Part shown: one piece after another, positions 39,523 to 46,715 of the stretch
How the letters are laid out: each line of letters opens with the position of its first letter
Numbering within the stretch: position 1 is the first letter of the stretch
Virus record (IMG/VR): IMGVR_UViG_3300039159_000198
DNA from: a virus
Lineage: Duplodnaviria; Heunggongvirae; Uroviricota; Caudoviricetes
Strand: one strand, 5' to 3'
Length of the DNA: 64,000 bases
The notes under the pieces: model-generated
Databases searched by the model: none
Told to the model about the DNA's origin: nothing
What the model saw: only the letters and a program-made list of their open reading frames with translations
Translations under genes and position numbers: made by a program

Positions 39523-40917
39523 ATGAAAAAATTGATAAAAGAGTCTGGAATTAGGAATATTACAAATTTAAGAAAGGTATTCGATAAAGTTGTTATAGTG
39601 TTTCATCAGGATACTGACGGAATTTGCTCGGCAATTGGGATGAAGAAGTATTTTGAAAAGTATGGGTTTAAAGTTATAGATGCTCAAGTAATACAGTATG
39701 GAGATAAAGAATGGAGTTTAAAAAAATCAAACGAAGATGATAGGACTATGTTTTGCTTATGTGATTTTGCTCACGGTAAACCAATGTTTCAGGTTCATCT
39801 TGACCATCACGATAGACAAGCAGGTGCTGAAGATACCAAATCAACTTCGTTTAGACATTCTCGTTCAAATGTTGAGACCATATCTCAAATAGTATCACCA
39901 CAAGAGTTATTTCCTTCTTCTGACATATTACTAATATCAACTGTAGACTCTGCTGACTTTGCTAGACAAGATATTACTGCTGATGAGGTTGTTAATTATT
40001 TATTTAGAGTTGATAAAGATAAGTCATTACAAAAAAATAAAATGTTATTAGGGTTTGTAATAAACAAATTGATATTAGCATTTAAGAACAAACCAGGATT
40101 TTTAGAAGGTTTAGTTATGAACTCTGAACCATCATTAATGTCCATTCTTACAAACATTAAGGAATGGATGAAAAAAACAAATGCCGTTAAACCGGAGTTA
40201 TTACAAAAAAACGCTGAAGACTATAAAAAAACAATGCAGGGATTTCCAAGTGTCGGGGACAACATTATTTTTCAATACGGTGGAGGTAGTATGTTCAAAC
40301 CTGGGTCATATGACAGGTATACCCCATTTAGAAACAATCCTGAGGCCGATTTTCTTATCATGGCATGGCCGTTGGGTCTTGTTCAAGCCTCGTGTAATCC
40401 GTTTAAAAAGGAGAGGGAACTTAAGGGTGTTAATTTGGGTGAAATTGGTCAAGAAGTATTATCAAAATGGGAGGAACAATTAAAATCTCGAGAAATACCT
40501 TTATCAACGATTAAGTGGGTTAGTGAAACTTCAGTCGGTCCTGAAAGTATTGGTTTTACTTTTAAAGACTTCAAGGCGTTATACGGTGATAAATTCAAAA
40601 CTATAGATAATGGAGATAAAGCGTTGTCTCATGTTGGTAAGATGATGGAGTCACCATTTTCCAAGTTAAGTGAGGAACATCGAGCAATGTTGGATAAGAT
40701 TACAATTAATGCTTGGGATTTAATTCAGTCAAATTCGGGTGGTCACAAATGTATTACAAATATCTCAGGGTTAAATTACCTTGGTAAAAATACAAGACCA
40801 CCAGAAGGAAGTAGTAGATACAATGAGTCTGATGATTCTCCAACGGTTAAATTTACTAAGATGATTGCGAATCAATTTCGTAAAGTATTAAAGGAAAAGA
40901 TTGATATCTCAAAATAG
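39523..40917 (+). CDS. DHH-family phosphoesterase
   Basis: HQDTDG, DFAH, LDHHD, GGHK. Confidence 0.85.
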   Translation: MKKLIKESGIRNITNLRKVFDKVVIVFHQDTDGICSAIGMKKYFEKYGFKVIDAQVIQYGDKEWSLKKSNEDDRTMFCLCDFAHGKPMFQVHLDHHDRQAGAEDTKSTSFRHSRSNVETISQIVSPQELFPSSDILLISTVDSADFARQDITADEVVNYLFRVDKDKSLQKNKMLLGFVINKLILAFKNKPGFLEGLVMNSEPSLMSILTNIKEWMKKTNAVKPELLQKNAEDYKKTMQGFPSVGDNIIFQYGGGSMFKPGSYDRYTPFRNNPEADFLIMAWPLGLVQASCNPFKKERELKGVNLGEIGQEVLSKWEEQLKSREIPLSTIKWVSETSVGPESIGFTFKDFKALYGDKFKTIDNGDKALSHVGKMMESPFSKLSEEHRAMLDKITINAWDLIQSNSGGHKCITNISGLNYLGKNTRPPEGSSRYNESDDSPTVKFTKMIANQFRKVLKEKIDISK

Positions 40918-40994
40918 TAAAATATTTTATTATTTTCAGTGGACATAAATGAATAGTTTGTTATATTTATAATAATAACAAACTATTTTTTTTT

Positions 40995-42455
40995 ATGATA
41001 TTGACTAAAGAAATCGAAATTCGAATTGCCGGTAATGGGTATAACTACTACCGAGAAAATAATATTGACGTAATACCGAATAAGGTGAATAGAATTTCTA
41101 TTGAAATGGTTAACCCAAAAAGTCATTTTATTATTGATGCAAAATGTGATATTTGTGGTAAAGAAGTGAAGGTTCAGTTGAGAAGATATAATCAATCTTT
41201 CAATAATGGGGGATATTATACTTGTTCTTCAAGATGTGGTACAGAAAAAAGAAAAATGACTTTCAATAATAAATATGGGTGTGAAATTCCATTCAAGACA
41301 GATAATTTTAAGGAAAAAACAAAACAAAGTATGTTGGAAAAATATGGTTCGACACATTTTAGACAAAGTAATGTTTGGAAACTTAAAAATTTGAAAAATG
41401 AAAAAAAAATAAGGAAAGACACAATATTTCAAAATTTTTTAATTGAGAACCCTTCTATTATTGGTCAAAATGAGGATAATTTTATTGTTAAATGTGAAAT
41501 ACATGGGGAAAATAAAATTCCTAAAAAAATATTTTCAAACCGAAAAAAAATTGGTACAGAGTTATGTGTAATATGTAAACCAATCGAAAGTAATATTTCG
41601 GGTAAAGAAGTTTTATTATTTAAATTAATAAAAGAAATTTATGATGGAGAAATTATTAAATCATATAAAATTAAAAGGAAAGAAATTGATGTTTTTTTAC
41701 CAGAATTAAATATTGGTTTTGAATTTAATGGGTTGTATTGGCATTCTAATAAATTTCTCGATAATAATTATCATATTGAAAAAACAATATTGTGTGAAAA
41801 AAATAAAATTAGGTTAGTTCATATTTTTGAAGATGATTTTGACAATAAAAATGATATAGTAAAATCGATTGTTATGAATATTTTAGGTAAAACAACTAAA
41901 ATATTTGGAAGAAAAACTGAGGTAAAAAAGATAAGTTCAAATAATGATGTGAAAGATTTTTTAATAAAAAATCACTTACAGGGGTTTGTTAATAGTAATA
42001 TTAATTATGGGTTATATTATAATAATGAGTTGGTTTCGATAATGACGTTTATGAAAAGTCGAAAAATATTAGGGGGTGAATATGGTGATGGGAATTATGA
42101 ACTTGTTAGGTTTTGTAACAAATTAAATTACAGTGTTGTAGGTGGAGCGTCTAAATTATTTAAACATTTTGTTAGTGAATATTCACCAAAAAATGTGACA
42201 TCATATTGTGATATTTCATGGGGTAGTGGTAATTTATACGAAAAAATAGGTATGAAATACGAAGGGTTAACAAAACCTAATTATCATTATGTTATTGATG
42301 GTAAAAGAGAAAGCCGCATTAAATATCAAAAACATAAATTAGTTAAACAGGGGTTTAGTAAAGACAAGACTGAAAAACAAATTATGGATGAACGGGGTAT
42401 TTATAGTGTATATAATTGTGGTAATAAGATATATAGGTTCTATAATTTAAATTAG
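40995..42455 (+). CDS. homing-endonuclease-like protein (zinc fingers, PD-(D/E)XK-like core, GNAT-like C-terminus)
   Basis: CDICG, CSSRC, EIDVFLPELNIGFEFNGLYWHS, VVGGASKL, SYCDISW. Confidence 0.75.
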   Translation: MILTKEIEIRIAGNGYNYYRENNIDVIPNKVNRISIEMVNPKSHFIIDAKCDICGKEVKVQLRRYNQSFNNGGYYTCSSRCGTEKRKMTFNNKYGCEIPFKTDNFKEKTKQSMLEKYGSTHFRQSNVWKLKNLKNEKKIRKDTIFQNFLIENPSIIGQNEDNFIVKCEIHGENKIPKKIFSNRKKIGTELCVICKPIESNISGKEVLLFKLIKEIYDGEIIKSYKIKRKEIDVFLPELNIGFEFNGLYWHSNKFLDNNYHIEKTILCEKNKIRLVHIFEDDFDNKNDIVKSIVMNILGKTTKIFGRKTEVKKISSNNDVKDFLIKNHLQGFVNSNINYGLYYNNELVSIMTFMKSRKILGGEYGDGNYELVRFCNKLNYSVVGGASKLFKHFVSEYSPKNVTSYCDISWGSGNLYEKIGMKYEGLTKPNYHYVIDGKRESRIKYQKHKLVKQGFSKDKTEKQIMDERGIYSVYNCGNKIYRFYNLN

Positions 42456-42794
42456 GTATTCAATAACATCACCTGGTTCGATATTTAAATATTCACAGGT
42501 TCCGCCATCAAGTTCTAATACGATATTACCATTTCCACAGTAACTTGAACATTCTTCTCCTTCACACGGAGGACAATTATGGTGTATGTTTACAATAACA
42601 TTGTTTTTAATTATAATAATATCAAGGTTGACGATACAATTCTTCATCCAAAAACATTGTTTGTTACCTCCCATTAGGAATAACAAACCCTCGAAAGATT
42701 TGTCAAAAGTTTTTCCCATCATGCCAATGGCTTGGGACCTCTTATCAGTAAGGGTTTTGACTTTAAAAATATTTTGATTAATTTTAACATTCAT
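42447..42794 (-). CDS. DUF192-family protein
   Basis: IGMMGK, GLLF, FWMKNC...LDII, VLELDGG, GDVI. Confidence 0.8.
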   Translation of the reverse strand: MNVKINQNIFKVKTLTDKRSQAIGMMGKTFDKSFEGLLFLMGGNKQCFWMKNCIVNLDIIIIKNNVIVNIHHNCPPCEGEECSSYCGNGNIVLELDGGTCEYLNIEPGDVIEYLI

Positions 42795-42806
42795 ACTTAT
42801 AAATAT

Positions 42807-43229
42807 ATGGAAATCAAAAGGTATTCAGGTGTTTTAGTAAAATGTGGTAATAAAGTTTTACTATGTAAAAGAAATGCTAAGGGCATATACCATGGCATGT
42901 GGTCATTACCCGGAGGTCATCTTGAAGAGGGCGAGACAACTATGGAGTGTAGTTGCCGGGAATTTTTCGAAGAGACAGATATTGATATTGATGATAGGGA
43001 TTTAACCTTTGTTGGAATTGTTCCAAGAACTAGTAGAGATGGTGAAAAAATTAGGGGTATTATGTATGTCTACCAATTAGATGTTGATACTGAACTTGAA
43101 CCTGATTTTGAAAATGCTATGGACGGAGACGAACATTCGGAGTGGGGATATTTTACCCTTACTCAAGTTAAACCGGAAAAGACCGGTCTTAGACTACACG
43201 AACTTATTACACACGTAATGAGTAAATAA
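42807..43229 (+). CDS. Nudix hydrolase
   Basis: Nudix box GGHLEEGETTMECSCREFFEETD. Confidence 0.9.
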   Translation: MEIKRYSGVLVKCGNKVLLCKRNAKGIYHGMWSLPGGHLEEGETTMECSCREFFEETDIDIDDRDLTFVGIVPRTSRDGEKIRGIMYVYQLDVDTELEPDFENAMDGDEHSEWGYFTLTQVKPEKTGLRLHELITHVMSK

Positions 43230-43446
43230 TAAAAAATAAATCGACTTTTGGTAATGTTATGTGATATTTATTATCTCACGGTTCGAGAGAACCAAAACAC
43301 CCCAAACAAAAATTTCATAAAAAATTTGATAGTGTCGAAACTATTTTTATCCCTTATGAAATATATATTCCACAGATGTATTTTTGAGAAAATTTATATT
43401 TGTGGATTTTTTTTGTTTTATGTTTGGTAGATTAAAAAAAAAGTAT

Positions 43447-43454
43447 TATCTTTG
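43447..43454 (+). promoter_or_regulatory. Bacteroidota-type -7 promoter element
   Basis: TATCTTTG upstream of ORF 43478 and the first RNA elements. Confidence 0.6.
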
Positions 43455-43477
43455 TATCGGATTTAAAACTAAACATT

Positions 43478-43663
43478 ATGGAAGGTAAATTATTATGGTG
43501 GGGTTATAAATACACCTCAGGAACCTATCAGGCAAAACGATATTTTGATAAATTGGATATTCAAGAAGCCAACGAAAGCCCTTTTTGTGAAATGGTTGTT
43601 GGACCATTTGAGTCGAAAACCCGAGATGAGGCATTAAAAATTGTAGAACAACTAACAAATTAA
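43478..43663 (+). CDS. hypothetical protein
   Basis: 61-aa ORF downstream of a promoter. Confidence 0.65.
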   Translation: MEGKLLWWGYKYTSGTYQAKRYFDKLDIQEANESPFCEMVVGPFESKTRDEALKIVEQLTN

Positions 43664-43670
43664 AAAAAAA

Positions 43671-43733
43671 TAACCTGTACCCCTGAAAAACTCGTATATA
43701 AGGATAAGCAGGTTAGCTCGAAATAAAGGGGTA
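43671..43733 (+). ncRNA. candidate H-type pseudoknot RNA
   Basis: TAACCTG(43671-77)/CAGGTTA(43709-15) interleaved with TACCCCT(43678-84)/AGGGGTA(43727-33); both are perfect 7-bp helices. Confidence 0.5.
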
Positions 43734-43751
43734 AGAGAATAAGAGTAAAAT

Positions 43752-43820
43752 AGTCAGGTGGTGTGTGGCGCACTGAGGAGGTCACACTTCGTAGAATAGG
43801 TTCGATTCCTGTCCTGACTA
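43752..43820 (+). tRNA. tRNA-like RNA, anticodon undetermined (69 nt)
   Basis: Acceptor AGTCAGG/CCTGACT; T-arm ATAGG-TTCGATT-CCTGT; 5-nt D-loop; 8-nt loop AGGTCACA without U33; no CCA. Confidence 0.65.
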
Positions 43821-43870
43821 CAAAAATTAAAAAAAAATGTTAAAGTATTGACAGAGTGAAATAAAAGTAT

Positions 43871-43878
43871 TATCTTTG
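43871..43878 (+). promoter_or_regulatory. Bacteroidota-type -7 promoter element
   Basis: TATCTTTG directly upstream of the permuted tRNA-like RNA. Confidence 0.65.
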
Positions 43879-43900
43879 TAGAAGAAATAAAGTTCTTAAA

Positions 43901-44010
43901 AATATTGAAAATTTAGTGTGGGTGTTGTGTCGACCGGTTAAATTCCGTCCTTGTGTATCTTGATGAAAAGCAAGTAGCTCAGTGTTAGAGCATACACTCA
44001 CTAAAATATT
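43901..44010 (+). ncRNA. circularly permuted tRNA-like RNA (YrlA/Y-RNA-like topology)
   Basis: Terminal stem TTTAGTG/CACTAAA enclosing, in order, a T-arm (43932-49), a loop-closed acceptor-like stem CTTG/CAAG, and a D-arm GCTC-AGTGTTA-GAGC (43977-91). Confidence 0.65.
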
Positions 44011-44155
44011 CTAATTACAAGTTTAGGTCCGTAGGGCTGTTATGGTATGTGAGGAAAATGACTACGGGACAAACATACAACTGTACGAAATAAAGCAGAG
44101 GTCCTTCGCATTTAATGTATTACTGAAAAATGTAATCACCATAACAAGTTAGAAT
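44008..44155 (+). ncRNA. candidate pseudoknotted structured RNA (~150 nt)
   Basis: Closing stem TTCTAATT/AGTTAGAA; hairpin 44021-44074 whose loop TGTTATGGT pairs 9/9 with ACCATAACA (44138-46). Confidence 0.5.
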
Positions 44156-44160
44156 TAAAT

Positions 44161-44251
44161 GGTATTGTAGCTCAGTGGGAGATTCGTCTTCCTTGGTAGA
44201 GCAAGAGTAACGAAAGACTCCGTGCCGTAGGTTCGAACCCTACCGATACCT
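44161..44251 (+). tRNA. tRNA-like RNA with a D-loop hairpin insertion, anticodon non-canonical (91 nt)
   Basis: Acceptor GGTATTG/CGATACC; T-arm GTAGG-TTCGAAC-CCTAC; D-loop carries GGGAGA-TTCG-TCTTCC; 8-nt loop AACGAAAG; no CCA. Confidence 0.75.
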
Positions 44252-44273
44252 CTGAAAAAAAAATAAAAAAAAG

Positions 44274-44305
44274 TTTGACAATTCAAATAAGTTTACTTAC
44301 CTTTG
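44274..44305 (+). promoter_or_regulatory. Bacteroidota-type promoter (-33/-7)
   Basis: TTTG(44274-77), 20-nt spacer, TACCTTTG(44298-305). Confidence 0.7.
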
Positions 44306-44312
44306 TCAAAGA

Positions 44313-44368
44313 TTTAAGAAACAGGTTGACAGGGTCGTAAAACGTTGTATAGTTTTCCTCTTCTTAAA
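44313..44368 (+). ncRNA. candidate small RNA (three-way junction)
   Basis: TTTAAGAA/TTCTTAAA ends pair; internal hairpins GAC/GTC and AAAAC/GTTTT; starts at the expected TSS of the promoter above. Confidence 0.35.
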
Positions 44369-44410
44369 AAAAAAATAAAATAAAATTTGACTTTTAGATT
44401 TAATGTCTTA

Positions 44411-44418
44411 TATTTATT
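44411..44418 (+). promoter_or_regulatory. putative phage late promoter motif
   Basis: TATTTATT immediately before the large RNA. Confidence 0.45.
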
Positions 44419-44419
44419 A

Positions 44420-45310
44420 AACACTTCGGAGAGATACCGAATACGTTCTTAGAAATTATTGTATTATCCATTATGACACTTCGGTGTTGTAAAAAAATGA
44501 TAATCGGCGGTATATCGTCGTTAAATAAATTGATGAAAATCAATATAAACCAAACTTAGTTGTGTTATTAAGTTTGGGGCTTCTGAAAGGGAGCTCGAGT
44601 ATACAAGCGAGATATCAGTGAACCTGTATTACCGAGGATGACTTCGTAGGGAAATGGATTACTGAACAGGCAATGTGGGTGTCTGTTTGAGGTTGGAAAA
44701 CCAAAAAAAATAACTCGTAGAAACTCTGTGAGAAATAAGATTATCCAATCTTATAATTGCGGGTTTCAAAATTAGAGTTGAGTTAAAACTGAAAAGTAAG
44801 ATAAAGAACGAGTGGTGTCGATTTTATCCTTATCAAATATCTACCAAGATGTTGATATGAACTACACTTGAAATTTCGTAATGGGGACATTACACGGAGG
44901 AGGTTAGTATCTTATTGTCCAAAAGATAACGAGGCTTACGACAGACCCCTTCTTCGACACATCCACAACACAATTACTATTTTCAATATGGTGAAAAACT
45001 AAAAAGATATATAGCAAAAGTGTCTGTCAGTCGTAGATGACAAGGTGACTACTTAGTTATGGGCCGTCCATAGCACACAAAGACCGCAAGTTTATGTGTA
45101 TTCTTACCAAAAACCTCTAATCCCGCAAGGATTAATCAGTTCGCAAGATTGAAGAGAGTGTAGTAATAAGAGAGTAATTTACGACTCGAGGAGTGATTGG
45201 TCTAACCAATCGTCACTGAGGATTACATCCCAAAAGGGTGTGGATATAAAGGGAACTAATAATCCTTTTAAAGATTCTCAATAATAGGTTTAATCTCAAC
45301 CTAATTAGCC
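44420..45310 (+). ncRNA. large ornate ncRNA, GOLLD-like (~890 nt)
   Basis: ORF-free and relatively GC-rich; many GNRA/UUCG hairpins (GACAC-TTCG-GTGTT, TTGAT-GAAA-ATCAA, three tandem CGCAAG hairpins); long-range pairs such as GTGTCGA/TCGACAC; bounded by a promoter and terminator; beside tRNA-like genes. The GOLLD assignment is from recalled resemblance only. Confidence 0.6.
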
Positions 45311-45345
45311 AAAAAGGTAACACATTTATTTGTGTTACCTTTTTT
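45311..45345 (+). terminator. intrinsic terminator
   Basis: AAAAAGGTAACACA/TGTGTTACCTTTTT 14-bp perfect stem. Confidence 0.85.
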
Positions 45346-45366
45346 TGTTTATATCAATTTTTATAT

Positions 45367-45374
45367 TATCTTTG
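45367..45374 (+). promoter_or_regulatory. Bacteroidota-type -7 promoter element
   Basis: TATCTTTG 5 nt before smpB. Confidence 0.55.
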
Positions 45375-45378
45375 TCGT

Positions 45379-45813
45379 ATGAAAACATCTATAAACATAA
45401 TAAACAAAAAGGTCAAATTTGAATATGAATTTATCCAAACAGAAATTGCGGGAATTTCATTAAAAGGAAGTGAAATAAAATCAATCCGTCAGGGGAAGGT
45501 ATCCATCTCCGAGAGTTATTGTTATTTTAATAATGGTGAGTTATTTGTTAAGAGTATGAATATCTCCGATTATGGTTATGGGTCATTCCACGAGACAACT
45601 CGGGATAGAAAGTTATTACTTAAAAGAAAAGAATTAAACGATTTGGAGTCAAAACTAATCAATGGACTTACAATCATCCCCTACCGATTATTCACCAATG
45701 ATAAAGGATTAATTAAGATGGAGATTTGTTTATCAAGAGGTAAGAAACTTTACGATAAAAGAAATAGTATTAAGTCTCGGGATATTGACCGGGATATAAA
45801 AAGAAACGAATAA
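45379..45813 (+). CDS. smpB: SsrA(tmRNA)-binding protein SmpB
   Basis: INKKVKFEY, AGISLKGSEIKSIR, RDRKLLLK..EL, LTIIPYRLF, RGKKLYDKR. Confidence 0.93.
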   Translation: MKTSINIINKKVKFEYEFIQTEIAGISLKGSEIKSIRQGKVSISESYCYFNNGELFVKSMNISDYGYGSFHETTRDRKLLLKRKELNDLESKLINGLTIIPYRLFTNDKGLIKMEICLSRGKKLYDKRNSIKSRDIDRDIKRNE

Positions 45814-45825
45814 TAAATAAAAAAT

Positions 45826-46316
45826 ATGTTTGATAAATTAATAAACTTTTTAATTGAATTAAAGGATGATGTTATACCATTCCGAGTAGTCAATGAGTTG
45901 GAAAGTTTAATGAATCAGTTGGTGATGGACTAATATTTAAAATTCCATTTTTTGATAAAATTTATACCGTTTATAATATTACGAGAACTGTTCATTTACA
46001 CGCACAGACTTTAACAACATTGGACCAAAAGGAGATTGTACTTAAATCAATTATTAGATATCATGTTGTTGACGCCAAAAAATTCTTATTAACTATGAAT
46101 ACGGCATCTGATGTGTTAATAGATTCAACTCAAGGAATCATCAAGGAGACGGTTGAAAAAATGAAATGGGATGAACTTACCGGAGTAGATGATATTATCA
46201 CGGAAAAGACTAAAGAAATGGTTGAAAAGTGGGGTATTGAGATTGAGAGGGTGACTTTAACTGATTTAGGGCTGATTAGGACTTATAGATTGATGTCGGA
46301 TAAAGATATTTTATAA
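45826..46316 (+). pseudogene. SPFH/band-7 domain protein with an internal deletion or frameshift
   Basis: MFDKLI..., then out of frame GKFNESVGDGLIFKIPFFD...QTLTTLDQKEIV...GIEIERVTLTDL. Confidence 0.75.
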
Positions 46317-46330
46317 AAATTTATAATATG

Positions 46331-46361
46331 TTTGGTATAATGAAAAAAAAGATTATCTTTG
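46331..46361 (+). promoter_or_regulatory. Bacteroidota-type promoter (-33/-7)
   Basis: TTTG, 19-nt spacer, TATCTTTG. Confidence 0.7.
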
Positions 46362-46380
46362 TATTCACAAAACGATAGAT

Positions 46381-46656
46381 ATGAACTTACCACAGCACAA
46401 CATCAAGATTCAAAACGAAAAATTCGGGGTTCTTTTAAATGAGACCTTTGTAAATGGAGTACAGTTTAAGATATTTTTAAGTATGGTTCAGGGTTGTCTT
46501 GAACTTAAGAATGACCTTACATTTTTTAATGGTAGTGACTTCTTAGTTCATATTCCCCACCAATATTTAATTAATTCGATAATCACAACAAGTGTGGATG
46601 CGTCATTAACCTTGGCAGAACACTTAATCCAAAAATCAAAATTGGAGACAGCTTAA
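46381..46656 (+). CDS. hypothetical protein
   Basis: 91-aa ORF downstream of a promoter. Confidence 0.7.
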   Translation: MNLPQHNIKIQNEKFGVLLNETFVNGVQFKIFLSMVQGCLELKNDLTFFNGSDFLVHIPHQYLINSIITTSVDASLTLAEHLIQKSKLETA

Positions 46657-46715
46657 AATGATTTCCAAGTTAGATTAAACTTGGTGGTGGAGTCAGTACA
46701 AACTAGTACAGACCT

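Noticed and set aside
43248-43430. 60-aa ORF in the track
   Set aside because: No motifs and low complexity; it coincides with hairpin-rich sequence that is better explained as non-coding.
43671-43733. HDV-like/theta ribozyme
   Set aside because: The two outer helices fit the nested order, but I find no P3/L3, P1.1 or catalytic J4/2 pattern, and it lies 5' rather than 3' of the tRNA-like gene.
43779-43786. Calling the first tRNA-like RNA a Sec/opal-suppressor (TCA) or Asp (GTC) tRNA
   Set aside because: The loop is 8 nt without U33, and there is no long variable arm or extended acceptor of tRNA-Sec. The register is ambiguous.
44008-44155. Group I intron or hammerhead ribozyme
   Set aside because: Fragments such as GACTAC and CTGAAAA occur, but not the ordered P/Q/R/S elements or the CUGAUGA...GAAA core, and there are no flanking exons.
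44209-44216. Calling the third tRNA-like RNA a functional tRNA-Phe(GAA)
   Set aside because: 8-nt loop, no U33, A-C mismatch at the top of the anticodon stem, and a hairpin inserted in the D-loop.
46681-46694. tmRNA 3' end (minus-strand GACTCCACCA)
   Set aside because: No T-arm precedes it and no matching 5' acceptor strand was found; the upstream minus-strand sequence is a terminator and a coding gene.
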